DNA of 63,357 bases, filler included, from Octopus bimaculoides (GCF_001194135.2; 4 parts of 3 records of this genome joined end to end with filler, not necessarily neighbours in it); one strand, 5' to 3'. Counted from the whole stretch's first letter, positions 41,348-55,700 are shown. Notes: generated by a model from the letters alone, not told the origin. Numbers and translations are program-made.

Positions 41348-42030
41348 TCGTAACATTGCTGCTTAAGTCTCTCTGTGAGATTTATAATTAGATCATTTCT
41401 AATTTGTATATTAGTTTTGTTTTCCGGCTGGGCTAAGGGAAGTAACTAGTATATAAGTTGCTAATGTTGCTTAACGACAGGTCAACTCTGATCAAGTATA
41501 CCTATGATTAAAGCTTTCCATCCTTGACTATCCAATTCTATTTTCTGACAATGTATCCATGATTACAATATTCAATGTGTTCTTCTTTTCTAATAGGGGA
41601 ATTTGATTGCAAGCAGCTACTAGCAGAGCAAGATTTAAAACTAGTTCTTTTTCTCTTCAAATATATATATATATATATATATATAAATTTCAGTAATAGG
41701 ACGAATTCTTTTACAAGAATTTATCAAGTAGCTAGCGTGAAAAAAACCTCATAAGGGAAAAAATCCATCATTTATTCCCGAAATATATATTTATATTTAT
41801 ATAAGGGCATTACTATATAAGCTACCGGCATGCAGTTTTCAAGGGAGAAAACTCTACTTGCTACATCAGTGAGTTGATTTGATGAGAGGAATGAAAAAAA
41901 TCCTGCATTTTGAGCTGTTAGCTTTCTTTGAAAAGAGAAAATACAGAAGCTTTATTGCCTTAGGAATAAAGAACCAAAGATGTGATGCGGAGAACTTGAT
42001 GTAAAGTGAGAGAGCGCAAGCGAACGAGGA

Positions 42031-42101
<71 letters not shown>

Positions 42102-43055
42102 TAGACAGATAAAGTCAATGAGAGAGGTTGTGAGTGGTATGGAAGAATGCTGTGGGTTGTACAAGAGGTGATTTGGGTAATGGGGGAGGAGCTGTGAGAA
42201 GATCCAGGTAAGTTGAAATTGGGAAGGGAAATGAGATACAAAAATAGAAAAGAAGAGTTCAGGTAGTCGATGAACAAAAACACGTAGATACGCTTTTAGA
42301 GCTGCAAAATGTATCAAAGTGAGAATGAGGAGGGTAGAGAATGAGATGGCAGAAAACTGAGATAAGTAAGAAGTGGTCAGAACTAGAGAATATATAATCG
42401 TAAATTTTTACTGAATAGTGTAAAAAAATACTGGCTATCTTATTTTAAAACAAAAATGAGCTTGCTTTCCAACTATGTGGTTCTGAATTCAGTCCCACTG
42501 CGCGGAACTTTGAGTTGATTTGGTAGATGAAAACTGAGAGAAGCCTGTTCATATCTAACTATTTCTCTATGGAGAGATAGTTAGAATTGCCCTTCTTGTG
42601 TGTCTGCTGCGTAGGTTACATATATTATATCATAACTTGATATCTTGTGGAATGAGATTTTTGTTAATAGACCGCTTATACCGAATGAAGTGTTAAGTAC
42701 TTATAATATGCAAATCAGTAGTTCCAGTTGTCTCAAACTGCTGGATTTGCTGTGTTTATAAATAGATTGGCTGCGTGTTTCTCTAGGATTGGTCGAATTG
42801 AGGTAGACTCTTTGATGAGAACCCAATAAGGTTCGAAAAGTTGATTAAGGCTGTTCATTTGTCCTGTTTAAATGTCTACTGTGTCGGTTACATAGTAAAC
42901 ATGTGTGTGTGTTTGTATGTCTCCATAACGGTTCAAGCTTAAAAATTTTTTCGACTAAACTCTTCAATGGTCGAAATCCAGCTTTCGAAACTTGAGCAGC
43001 TATGAGTACGTCCACAAGATCAGAAAAAAAAAAGAAATAAAAGAGAAACACATAC

Positions 43056-43328
43056 CATAAACGAAGCCTACTATAGCAGCATAGATAGCCAGGCTGTGGT
43101 AAGTGGTGAAAAGAAAGACGAAAAAAGATACTATTCCTCCAATACCACAGATGCCTGCAAGTAGGAGAACTGGACTGAGGATTGGAAAACGGTAGACAAC
43201 GAAACCACACAACATTCTGGACACTGTGTTTGTGATGCCAGTTATTGAAAGTAAGAAAGCAGCCCGCTCACTCTCAATGTTGAGCTCTTGAGCGACATCA
43301 GGTATGTACATATAAGGAAGTATACAAC
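43056..43328 (-). CDS. SLC16/MCT-family transporter, coding exon (TM7-TM10)
   Basis: TTTTTCAG acceptor, G|GTATGT donor, 273 nt, phase 1/1. (G)CILPYMYIPDVAQELNIESERAAFLLSITGITNTVSRMLCG...YAAIVGFVY. Confidence 0.93.
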
Positions 43329-46300
43329 CTGAAAAAGAAATACAAGAGACATTGTAAAGATACATGAACTTATCTATCTATACTTAATGCAAGTTAACAA
43401 AAAATAATTGAGGAAAAGAAAAAACATTGTTGGTAATGGACTAATTACTTTTATCATTTCGGCAACTATGGGAGAGAACTCCAGACTTATTAAACTTCAG
43501 ATAAATATAGCTTTTCTCATACTCGCCGAAATAGCGTTGAGAGAACCTTGATCTATTAGTCCTCAAATCTTAATGAAAGCGTAAAGGTACCTTCTTGATA
43601 TAAGGCGTATCTTGGAGATAGATCTGACGGATTCCATCTCTCTTAAGAACAAACCAAAGCCGATTTCTGCGGGCAGAAATGGAGACAGATTGGCAAACAG
43701 AAAAGGAATAATTGACTCCTGTACATGATATGTAGATTATTCATCAACCCTGAAAGGATGAAGGACAAAGCTAACCTCGATAGAACTCAAGTGTAAAGTG
43801 CTGGAACGTATAACACATGGCAATCTATTCAATATTCAGCCAATTAGCCGCCTTAGTGATGAGAAAACCAACTAAATAAATGTACAGAAATGTAGTTTTG
43901 CAGGTGTAGAGAAATAGAGATGTTCAGAGAATAAAATGTTCTTAGATGTCATCCGAAAAACAATAATAGTAAAGTTAATGTTCAAAGGATATAGTATCAA
44001 AAGCCTAACTAACTAGATCCAAATTGTCTATCAGTATGTCTGTATGTAAGGGTGACGTTGTTCGGACTACCATCAATTATTTCATGGGCAATAATCTTGC
44101 TGACATTATAGTCAACAAGTTTGAACTATAAATCTTCCAAAGCTATTTCAAACGCCTTTTCTTTTATTTATTTAACTCCCGTATTAGTGGAGTAAAACTA
44201 AAATGAAAGTTATCTTTAATTTTGATAATTTATTTTAATTGAACTTGGAATATTTTTTTATGAATAAATAATCATATGTGGTACTCTCTGGTTGTGACTG
44301 TTAATACAAAGGAGATAACTGTCCCTTCACAACACGAGACAGGATGAGAAATTTGAATTCGAAATTAAGGAATACGAATGAAAAGATGCACAGGGTTAAT
44401 AGATTTAATTTTTTTATGTATAACGACGTTCATAGAATTTCTAGTCGGTGGTAATCCTGTATAGCACTACTTCATTCTTATCAGAAATTTTCAGCATGGT
44501 TTAACCTGTAACTTATTAATTAGATATATTTTGAAGGGAGACATTTTATTAAAATTAAAACTGAAATGAAATATAGATTCTTTTAAATAAATAGTTGAGC
44601 AGACAGAATCGTTAAAGCGTCGGAAAAATACCATGTAGCATTTCTGCTGACACTATATGATCTGGTTTCATTTATGTAACAAGTAGTTATTGAAATGTTT
44701 ATATTTATATGATACCTCAGAGTTGCAAGAGTACGTTATTTCGAACGTTTCCAGCATTTAGCAATCACTTTCAGGGATGTACAGAAAACATCATTAAANN
44801 NNNNNNNNNNNNNNNNNNNNNNNNNNNNNNNNNNNNNNNNNNNNNNNNNNNNNNNNNNNNNNNNNNNNNNNNNNNNNNNNNNNNNNNNNNNNNNNNNNNN
44901 NNNNNNNNNNNNNNNNNNNNNNNNNNNNNNNNNNNNNNNNNNNNNNNNNNNNNNNNNNNNNNNNNNNNNNNNNNNNNNNNNNNNNNNNNNNNNNNNNNNN
45001 NNNNNNNNNNNNNNNNNNNNNNNNNNNNNNNNNNNNNNNNNNNNNNNNNNNNNNNNNNNNNNNNNNNNNNNNNNNNNNNNNNNNNNNNNNNNNNNNNNNN
45101 NNNNNNNNNNNNNNNNNNNNNNNNNNNNNNNNNNNNNNNNNNNNNNNNNNNNNNNNNNNNNNNNNNNNNNNNNNNNNNNNNNNNNNNNNNNNNNNNNNNN
45201 NNNNNNNNNNNNNNNNNNNNNNNNNNNNNNNNNNNNNNNNNNNNNNNNNNNNNNNNNNNNNNNNNNNNNNNNNNNNNNNNNNNNNNNNNNNNNNNNNNNN
45301 NNNNNNNNNNNNNNNNNNNNNNNNNNNNNNNNNNNNNNNNNNNNNNNNNNNNNNNNNNNNNNNNNNNNNNNNNNNNNNNNNNNNNNNNNNNNNNNNNNNN
45401 NNNNNNNNNNNNNNNNNNNNNNNNNNNNNNNNNNNNNNNNNNNNNNNNNNNNNNNNNNNNNNNNNNNNNNNNNNNNNNNNNNNNNNNNNNNNNNNNNNNN
45501 NNNNNNNNNNNNNNNNNNNNNNNNNNNNNNNNNNNNNNNNNNNNNNNNNNNNNNNNNNNNNNNNNNNNNNNNNNGTGTTCCAAGTTTCAAAGTGTTTCGT
45601 TAATGAAAAATGTGGCCCCCGTTTTAAAAAAGATCCTGTGTGTGTGTGTGTGTGTGTGTGTGACTGTGTCGGGGGAATACGTTAATTGTCTTGCCTTTCT
45701 TTAGGCCCTCAACTTTGAATCGCCCAAGGGTTTTAGTAACTTTGGATGCATCTTCAACAGCGAAAAAATACATAATGCATACATACATATATGCATGCGT
45801 GTATGTATGTATGTATGTATGTATGTATGTATGTATGTATGTATGCACGCACGTATGCATATGTGTGTGCATATATCTATGTATATTCGCATTGTGGTAT
45901 TGTGTGGTCTATGATGGATGGATAGTTATCCTAATATTCGTAGGCTCAGAAAGGCATATGTGATTGATGCGATTATTATTCGCGCTGGAAGTGTAAAAGG
46001 AAAAGCAACACGGACAAGGAAGTAATTCCAGTGGAGAACAGTTCTGATAAGAAGGACTTGAAGAAATGGGAGAGAGAGAAAGGGAGAGAGAAAAGGAGAG
46101 AGAAAGAAAAGGAGAGAGAGAGAGAGAGAGAGAAAAGGAGAGAGAGAGAAAAGGAGGGAGAGAGAGNNNNNNNNNNNNNNNNNNNNNNNNGTGTGTGTGT
46201 GTGTGTGACTGACAATAGAGTAAGAGAGGAAGAGAAAGAGAGAGAGAGAGAGAAAGAGAGAGAGTGTGATGAAGAGAAAAAGACATAGAGAGCATTTGTA

Positions 46301-46838
46301 TGACTGTGGAGTGTTACATATGAAGTGTGCTTTTCGGAACAGAACAGGGGATACTCAATAAAGAAATTTCAAAAGTCAAGAATCTAGACGGCTTTAAACA
46401 GCTAATACACTTGCTGATGCAATTATATAACTTTTCGAGTAGCCAAACAACGTTAATGACCAATAAAGAAACATGAGTATCATATAGATTGTTGTACGTA
46501 AATTATATTACGAAAAAGAAAAACCAACGCCAATAAAACAGAGATGACTGTTAGCTAAGATAACGTGCACGCTCACATATACACCGTGGTTCTAACTAAG
46601 GATGAGTATTTATTGGTGATAAAATATTTTTTAGCGCTACTTATGGTTTTACAATTGTTAACTAAACACTCCAATAACACGTTTCAACTCATCATCATTT
46701 ACTATCAAACCAATTAATTCAGACCACTCCACATACATACATAACACTGGGGCGTATATCAGCCAACTTTGTGTGGTTCTGTTCATGTATCAAGATTGTT
46801 ACTTAATACGATATATTGACATGCATCGCATCCAAGAG

Positions 46839-46873
<35 letters not shown>

Positions 46874-47279
46874 NNNNNNNNNNGTGTACACACTATAAAA
46901 TAAATCTAATGAATGCTGAACTTCGATTATTAAAACCTCTAATGTCCCCTTTAATCATAAAGTAATTACTGAGTTATGCATCTTATTTTAATAAAATCAG
47001 TCTCTTCTTGCAGTGAGGTTTCTCCAGTTTAATTATAAGACATAAGCAAGGCTCCTCGACTTTTGAGACTGTTTTTTTTTTTTCGGGAAGGCCGTTATAA
47101 ATGTTTTAGATTACTGCAATTTTAGTATGCTATTACAATATATCAAAGAAGTTTATATGCCAACTAGTTTTATTATTCCAGATTAAAAGAGAATGATATA
47201 ACAGCATTTTGAACACACCCTATTGCTTGTTACGGTTGAATAGTTTGCAAAATGCAGTCGGGATGCGAAAGTATTTGGA

Positions 47280-47860
47280 AGCTCACTATGCAATAAAGTT
47301 TTGTGTTAAACTGAGCAAAAACGTTACAGAAACTTATAAAATGCTCCAGGATAATTATGAATTAACTTGAGCACTTTTGTTTTCACTGGCACAAAAGGTT
47401 CAAAGGTCGGTAGAGAGGATTGAAAAACGATGAGAGGCGTGTGAGAGACAGGGACGTCAGAACATCAGGACTGGGTGAGAAAATTCGCAATTCTCTGGAT
47501 GAAGACCGTCGTGTGTCAATAAAGACAATAAGCATACAGTTTGGTGTTTGGTGTGGCAACTGCACACGCAATTATTCATGCGCAAAGTTTATTCCCAGGG
47601 TTGGTGACAGTAGGGAGATGGTCGGTCTCGTTACCTCTCATCCAAGAGTACTTGAATCTCTGGTGATCTGTGTCGAAAGCTGGATCTACTGTTATGACCC
47701 AAAGACCAACACACAAAACACCCAATGAAAGCATCTTGGCTCCCTAAATCCAAGAAGGCCAAGCAAAGCAAGTCCACCAGGAAACTTATGATGATCCCCT
47801 AGTTCAGCAGCAAAGGCATTATCTCCATCCACTAGTTTCTGCTTGGCCAGAAGGTAAGCA
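47280..47860 (+). pseudogene. Mariner transposase relic (N-terminal half)
   Basis: YAIKFCVKLSKNVTETYKMLQ, FHWHKRFK, LDEDRRVSIKTI and ESWIYCYDP fragments, with stops and frameshifts. Confidence 0.8.
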
Positions 47861-48455
47861 GAGTTGGCCCTCTCGCTTAGCTAGCAAGGCGGCGTCATTT
47901 GAAGGCTAAACGATTCAAAGCGCATTGTGACTAGCAATGTGTAACAACATCTGATAATATGGTCGGTCTCGGGATCATGTGATAAATGTTTATGTTCATG
48001 AAATGGATTTCCCATGTTGTATCAAAACAATTCTAACTAGAGAATTAAAGATAATACCATAAATTTCAGTCTTTGATTTAATGTAGTCATACGCTACCAC
48101 TAATCTACCTGATCCATATATAGGTAATTCTATTGCTTAAAGATAAACCATTTAGAGATATACAGTTGATAGCCGGTAGTTGCAGAAGTGCTTCTTGAAA
48201 CGGGTCGGATTTTATATTATATAGATAATGTGGTGCAAAAGTAGGTATACAGTTATGAAAAAAAAGAAAACACGTGCAATACTCATTTATTTTTATAAAA
48301 ACAAAAATTAAAAGTTACGATAAAAGTATTATTATGATTAATGACACTGAAAATATCAAAAATTAGGCTAATTTAATGTGCTAATAATTTTAATGAATTA
48401 AGTACTACAACATTGATGTGATACTTACTGTATATCTACTTTTTGAACCCGCTGT

Positions 48456-48508
<53 letters not shown>

Positions 48509-49685
48509 NNNNNNNNNNNNNNNNNNNNNNNGTGTGTGTGCATTTACTTATCTTCACAAAGTTAACGTTGACAATGACTTCCACGTTTCGGCTTTGCCTG
48601 TTGTCGTTATCGAGTTTGGATGTCGGCATCTAAACCGAAACTTCGAAATCACTGTTAACAGTTTCCTTGTACAAATAAATAAATATGGGACACTACTAGA
48701 AAATAATGAGTGATCTGTAGTGGATCTTGCATGCATGAAGTGGATTCGATCTCCACCGTAGCCAAATTTAGAATAACACTGCAACAGAACTTTTCCCACG
48801 GTGGAACAATGGTTTTTCTCTGACAGCAGTTTTACATTTTCCAGATGCCTTTAGCTAGGCCGAAATAATGTCTTTACCACTTGACCCTTTCTAACCTCTT
48901 CTACTCCACCAAAAGCTAGAATAGAGATAACAAGACCACCAACTAAATCTATTGTTCTCAATGATATGTCTATCCTTTTAGATAGTTATAAAAGCAAGAA
49001 AACCCCAAGCAAAAATCAATTAGTCACCAATTGGTGACGACTCAACGAGTTCAGTCACATGGTGACGACTCAATGAAAACGAAGTCTGGCTGACCAGCTA
49101 GAACCTTGACCAGAGGGAGAAATGAAGTTTACTGCCAGCAACTGTGAGACAACGTCCCACACCCTACGACTCTCACTAGCTCTAATTCTGTTCTCTTACA
49201 ATATCATTTCATCTTTCTCTGTAATTACTATTAAACAATGAAGAGGACACAAGCACAAACTTTACTTCGCATGCTTTTGGATCTCTCATAACCTGCCCGT
49301 CGAGGCAAGGTGTTGTGATGTAACGGTAAATAAATATTTCCTTAAAACTTCATGCATTGTTCAGCTTTCCCATCTTGCAACATGCAATTATAACAAATTT
49401 TTATCGGCACAACTGCTGATGCCGACAAATCAATATTGTTTACAAATCAATTTCCTTCGTTACAACTGATGACCCTCGACATCAACTAAAAACTTTATCG
49501 TTACAGATCCCTCAATTCAATATTCATCTGATATTATATGGAGCTTTACATAAAAACTATGTGATGTAAAGGATCCTTCCCTACAACACAGTCTGGCTCA
49601 TAACACCACACTCTCATCGATATATTTATATATATAAGGTAAAGAAAAATTTGGTAGATAGATAGATAGATAGATAGATAAATAG

Positions 49686-49737
<52 letters not shown>

Positions 49738-49754
49738 CAATAGTTGGTGCTTAC

Positions 49755-50114
49755 CAATAGTTGCAAGAATAAAAACCATACAAATTGTATTGTAAGCAGG
49801 CATTTTAAATAATGTTATGTCCAACCGTTTCATAAATAACTTTCTCTTGGATATTTTTTCTTTATCTTCATTTGACTTCGGAAGAGGATGAAGTGTCAAA
49901 CCAGATAGAATTCCTAAGATCATAAGCGCTGCTTCTATCAGAGAAACAGTTCGCCATGATATTACATTGAGCAAAGCTCCAGTAATGGCTGAGATTAAGA
50001 AGATTCCTATACCGGAACCGGAAGATGCAATACCAATGGCAAGGGCTCTACGTCTTTCAAAGTACTGTCCAACCACAACGACACTGCTCACGTACATCAA
50101 AGAAAAACCAGTTC
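49755..50114 (-). CDS. SLC16/MCT-family transporter, coding exon (TM4-TM7 start, including the central loop)
   Basis: ATACAG acceptor, G|GTAAGC donor, 360 nt, phase 1/1. Contains YFERRRALAIGIASSGSGIG (SLC16 signature) and ISWR. Confidence 0.95.
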
Positions 50115-51284
50115 CTGTATGAAGATTCAAATAAAAACAGACACAGGTGAGATAGAACGTATGACTGGTTTGTCCAAATGTAACATCGGTGTTGTTGAAT
50201 AGAACTGAAACAGAAATAACAACGAAAGCAACAACAGTGTCGTCGTCGTCATCATCATCATCATCGTTGTCGTCGTCACCGCCATCGTCGTCGTCGCCGC
50301 AGCCGTCGTCGTCATCTTTACTATCGTCGTCGTTATCATCATCAATATCATCATTAACAAGAGTAACAATAAAAACGGCAACAACAATAACAACAATAAC
50401 CAACGAGAGAGTTTCTATCCTCGACCTGCTAGAAATAGCATCCCGATTGCCCTCAAATACTATCCTACCGTCTTTTTAAAAAATACATTGAGAATTTGTA
50501 TTCCTAGACACAGTATGACTAACTACAATAACAACAACAAAAATAAACTACAGTAACAACAGCAACAACAACCACAAGAAGTGGCAAAGCCGTTAGAGTG
50601 CCGGATAGAATGTCATGTGGTATTTATCCCGACACTCAAGGCTCTGATTTCATCTCACAAGCAAATTAACTTTGCCTTCCATCCTTTCGGAATTGATATA
50701 CAGAAACCCACCCGCTCAAGATCGGGGATTGGCGGAAGTGTAAGATAGTCAAGCTGATACCTTTTTGGTAATTGTTCCGACTCTTTGTGTTCTGATTTCA
50801 AATCCCACCATAGCCTATTCGGTCTGTCCAAGGCATTTTCATAAGTTTGTCCTAAATGTCCGTGCTTTAAATATATATACTTTGAGTTAGCCCTTTGTTC
50901 TATACGTTCTCCGTAATATTGAGTAATATAAAGCTTTCCTTTCATAAATTCCAAGTTACTCTTGTAGTTGGAAAAAAAATTGGAAATGTTTTTCATATGC
51001 GATGCACGGACTCTAGGGAAATATGTCCCGTGTGTCAGATTGGATACACAGGACAGGCAACTAGTTAATCCATCGCCCTATTTAACACCACCACCTAATA
51101 TCCTGGGTGACATTAACAGAGTTCACTCGGTTGCAAGGATTAAAGCCATGTCCCTGGTCTGAGAGTAGCTTTCTTTCTCCCTGCCATCTTTCCACCCATT
51201 AGCCTTGGAGACCCTGTTCAGGGTCATGAGCACTCCCTTCCCTCCTGATTAAAAGATATAATTATAGTAACAGAGTGAAGGCGT

Positions 51285-51530
51285 GTGGCGAAGTGGTTAA
51301 GGTGTTGCATTCACGATCTTTCGATCATGGTTTCAATTCCCGAATCGGACGGTGCGTTGTATTTTTGAGCTAAACACTTCTTTTCACGTTGCTTCAGACC
51401 GTTCTGATATAAATGAGTGGATGAGTAACTCTGCGACAGACTGGCGTCTATTTCAGGAGGAATGTGATCTTGGTCACTCATACACCATGGAGACCAGACA
51501 ACTGGTTCTATGAATCCTAGGACACAAGGC
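51285..51530 (+). mobile_element. tRNA-head SINE with a different body
   Basis: GGCGTGTGGCGAAGTGGTTAAGG (A box)...GGTTTCAATTCC (B-box-like); no tRNA acceptor stem closure. Confidence 0.6.
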
Positions 51531-51765
51531 AGTACTTACTTTTTATAACACCAGAACCTACGAAGGCCAGGGGCACAACTGCTTCCTCCAGAACAAGTAA
51601 AAAAATGAATAAAAATTTAAAAAACTGGGGAAAAAGCAATGAAATGTATAAAAAAGAAATTCATTCTGGCTATATAATAGTCTCAATTTCTGGCACAAGG
51701 CCAACAATTTTTAGTGGAGTTGGGAGTAAATAGATTACATTAACCCAGGAGGTTATGTTACATAC

Positions 51766-51909
51766 CTGCTAAGAAACCGTAAGTGACTATAGCAACGTCG
51801 ATGTTGGGTGAGAAGCTTGCGGCGACAAAGGCAACACCTGACAGGATGCTACCCGAGATGACGACGACTCGATGACCATACGAATCAGCAAGAACACTGG
51901 CCACAGGAC
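51766..51909 (-). CDS. SLC16/MCT-family transporter, coding exon (TM3-TM4)
   Basis: AACAG acceptor, G|GTATGT donor, 144 nt, phase 1/1. (G)PVASVLADSYGHRVVVISGSILSG...YGFLA(G) carries the MFS motif-A-like S-x-L-x-D-x-Y-G-x-R. Confidence 0.93.
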
Positions 51910-51994
51910 CTGTTTGTAGAAACAAAGGGTTATTACTGTTAGTATTTTCACCTCGCTGAAAATTGGGTCTTTGGACCCTAGGTATCACATAATA

Positions 51995-52610
51995 TCGGTT
52001 TCAAATTTTAGCACAAGGCCAGCAAATTTGAAGTTGGGGTAAGTCGATTACATCGACTCCAGTACTCAACTGGTACTTATTTTATCGACTCAAAAAGGAT
52101 GAAAGGCAAAGTAGACCTCGGCGGAACTTAAATTCAGAGCGTAAAGGGCGAAATGTAGTTAAACATTTTGCCCAACGCGGTAACGATTCTGCCAGCTCGC
52201 CGCCTTACAAGTGTCACATATAATGTCAATCAAGTGTATTAATCTCCCAACTTTTTCAGGGATCTTTCTTTCATTTGCAGTTAGCGCCTCAGAACTACGT
52301 GTAGTGGTGGTGATGGCGGGGGGAGAGGTAAAGAACAGGATTACTGTTTCTTTGTTAGAGTATGTTAACCACCCAATTATAATTTAAAAAAAACTTTACA
52401 TTCATTCTGGCTATATAATGGTAGCGGAGTTGGGAGTAAATAGATTACATTAACCCTTCTGTTCAACTGGAACTTATTTTATCGAACCCGAAATGAGGAA
52501 AAGCAAAGTCGACTTCGGCGAAACTTGAACCCAGAATATAAAGAGCCAGAAAAAATGCTGCTAAGCAATTTGTCCGACTCGTTAAGGATTCTACCTGCTC
52601 TTCGCCTTAT
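51995..52610 (-). mobile_element. Two SINE family A copies in an MCT intron
   Basis: About 51995-52207 and 52430-52610; family A consensus on the minus strand. Confidence 0.75.
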
Positions 52611-54789
52611 GTTGTTTATATAATAAAAAGAGATTTGCAGTTACGATTTCCGGTCAAGAATCCTTATCAACTGTGACGTTGATGAGTTCACGTGATTTGT
52701 CAACCAGTTGTAAACAAAATTAGTAATTTTTCAGTCAATAGCGCGAGGGAGATTTTGGATACAAAAATTAATTAAATCTACTGTGAGTTGTTTTACATAA
52801 TTTTCCTCGCTTGTTTATTACAAACAGTTGTTACAAGTACTTGAGAGGACACGCACACCTTAGTTGCATCTGCATATGGGTACAAGGATGGTTGTGTGAT
52901 CAGGAGGTTCACTACTCAGCTACGTAGTTTCGAGTTGGATTCTACTGCGCAGTACCTTGGGCAAGTATCTCTTATCATAGCTTCTGCTCGGTCAAAGACC
53001 TGTGAATGACATTTGAAATTTGGCGGACGAAAACTGCATGGGAACTTGTTGGTTGATATATTTAATGCGTCATTCATTTTAACCACACCACCTGGCTCCT
53101 TCAAATTTTTAGGGGACAACACTCCATTCAAAGCCTTCAGGCTAGAGCTCCCGTAATAGGATAGATTCTTTCCTTCCTCCTGCCTGTCTTAGAGATTCTA
53201 CAAAAAAGTCATAACTGTTGTCGTTCCCCTACTCTGACTAACATGTTAAAGAAAGTAGATTTATTTAGTTTGGTGTGTATTGTGATTAGAAGAGAACCTA
53301 AAGATCTACAGTATTGTTCTGCATTAACTTAAGTGTTTGTAACCTAGCCACTAATTATTTCGTTACCGTGGGATTAAATATATTTTGGTATATAGAATTA
53401 ATTCACATGCTGTGTGGTATATTATTTATTGTTGCTGTGGTCGTTTCGTCCCTGTTCAGAGCTGATCCAGTAAACCTATAACCGAATGCATTTAAGTTAT
53501 GAAAACCCCATCATTTTTTTTTTTTTACCCAATGTGTCTTTTCTTTGTAAGATGATAGCGTATGATTTGAAGGAGATTTGGTTGCTATATCTAGCAGGTC
53601 AACGAACTATGGAGACACCCATTCGCTGGCTCGATATTGAAATTTTCTCTTTAAGTGGGCAAAAGACCTTTTTATTGGCTCGGCGGAGAAGCTCCCTTGT
53701 AAAAGTCGAAGTTAAATTGTTACTAAGTTAAATTGTAACCGTGTCGATAGAATGAGGTTAACAAAACCGAGGATCCCTTGTATCCTGACGTTAGCACTAT
53801 ATTGAGTCCGCAGCCAAGACCCTTAACTCTGAGTGACTGAGTTCATCTAGTTGTAAGTGCAGTAGAATAGTATAGTTCACTGTCGAAAGCAACAATTGCA
53901 CTATGGTATCGACGTTGTGGTTCCTTACCTCGCAATATCGTGCTCAAAATCCTACCCTATGCAAAGCTACCTTAATCTCCAAGAGGAGATTCATCTCTCA
54001 CCTCCTTGAAGCTACAGAAAACAAAAGCAGAGTAGGAATATCTATGGGTCCATACTACTATGTAAAGATTTGACTTTTAAGTGAATAGAATCACGGCTTT
54101 ATTATTCACAGAACTAAGACACTCTTCTACAGAATTGTTTTTTTCTCTACTGCTCTCTGGATTGGTTAATCAGAAGTTAAGAACACTCTCCTTGTTAAAC
54201 TTTACTGTGCTCATTTTATTCTTATATGTGCGTGGGGTTAACGTACTAAGCTTTGCAATATGTAAAAATAAGTTGAATATCAGTTTCTATTAATGTTTTG
54301 TTAACAGTAAAGTGGAATTAAAATACTTTGTTATAAATTTGCATGTTGAATAACATATAATGACTCATTCTTTTCATTTCTAATTTTGGGTCGACAGTCA
54401 TTATAGAACCAGCTAGATATTATAGGTTGCCTCTACACTAAAACGGTTCAAGCCAATGCTCTCACCACCGCAGTAGTAACTCACACATGTCAAGAGGTCG
54501 CCCATCGCACTGGCATAAGCTATTATTCACTCACCTTGGATCGACAACCGTGTGGTTATTACCTGACATTGACATTTAGTCGTCTATCGAACTAGTCACT
54601 ACTCTTTCATCAGCACTCGTCCGGTGGCGTGTTAATAGTATAAAGGACAGTCACAATTGTCGCGTTTTTGATAAATTTGCTGTAGCGGAGTCGATAACAA
54701 CAGTAATAACTGTAGCAGCAATAGCTGCAACAACAAGAGCAGCAACAACAGCAGCAGCAGCAGCCGCCGCTGCAACATTGGGGTCTTAC

Positions 54790-55081
54790 CAGTTAAGAGG
54801 CTGAAAGCGTTGATCAAAGCACTAATAAGAGAAGCTTTTGTACTTTCTGATTTGAAGTCATCTCTGATTGTTGGATAAATGGTGCCGACTGAGAAAGCAA
54901 TACCATCCGTGAGAAGAATTAACACCATAGAAGCAATCATCACTACCCATCCCCAGCCACCATCTGGGGGACTAAATTCATCGTTGTTCTCTGCTGGTGG
55001 TTTATCAGGTTTCTTTTCGGACGATTTTTCATTAAGTCTGTCTTCTTTTTCTGTGCCATTCAGATTGATTGTGGAAACAGT
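54790..55081 (-). CDS. SLC16/MCT-family MFS transporter, first identified coding exon (N-tail, TM1-TM2)
   Basis: TTCCAG acceptor at 55082, donor G|GTAAG at 54789. 292 nt, phase 0 to phase 1. Reads TVSTINLNG...FSPPDGGWGWVVMIASMVLILLTDGIAFSVG...FSLLT(G); PPDGGWGW is the SLC16 N-terminal signature. Confidence 0.93.
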
Positions 55082-55379
55082 CTGGAATTAATAACCACGA
55101 CAACAACAACATCAGCAATGGTAACAATAATCGGATCATAAATAAATAGTGTATAATACTTGTATATTTTGAATTCACATGTCATTGCTTTTAAGATATG
55201 CATTTATCTAAAACAAACTCATGTAATACGTGGAATCCCTGTTGGCAATTATTGTAAGGATCATAATCACTACTGGATAAGTCTTAAGTTATGGTGGAAT
55301 GAGAAGTTTGAATTTTAAATCAAAAGTAATGAAGTTGCACAGCATATACATATTTTGTTTTACTCATTACAAAGATCCA

Positions 55380-55700
55380 AAATATACTTTAGTCTCACCT
55401 AACATTTTGATCTTATGTTGAAATCCAGTAAAACAATTAGATTATCAGAGCATTTCTTCGAGAATAATTGAAAAGTGGGCAAGAATATTTGCATCCTTTT
55501 GTCTGAGATGATTCCGACTTTAGCTTCCAAAATAGTATCCCATATACTGATGTTTCGGCGTAAAAAAACCTTATCAAAGTAATGAACTTTGACATTTGGG
55601 CAAGTGACTAATGTCAGCATCAACATACATTGTCTTTTACACTTCAGTAGGTACCATATTCATAAGGTGCATTTATATATACATGTGGTGGGGGAAGTCT
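55380..55700 (-). mobile_element. Probable Penelope-like element relic (GIY-YIG endonuclease region)
   Basis: Frame-shifted fragments LVTCPNVKVHY, NHLRQKDANILAHFSII and GFQHK resemble PLE endonuclease C-termini by eye only. Confidence 0.4.

Noticed and set aside
44738-44780. Minus-strand CTGAAAG...GAAACGTT as another hammerhead
   Set aside because: The G8/A9 core positions are wrong and there is no convincing stem II.
49546-50403. 285-aa ORF as a single-exon CDS
   Set aside because: Only 49755-50114 is MCT-like and bounded by splice sites; the flanks are (GAC/GAT) and (CT/ATCT) repeats.
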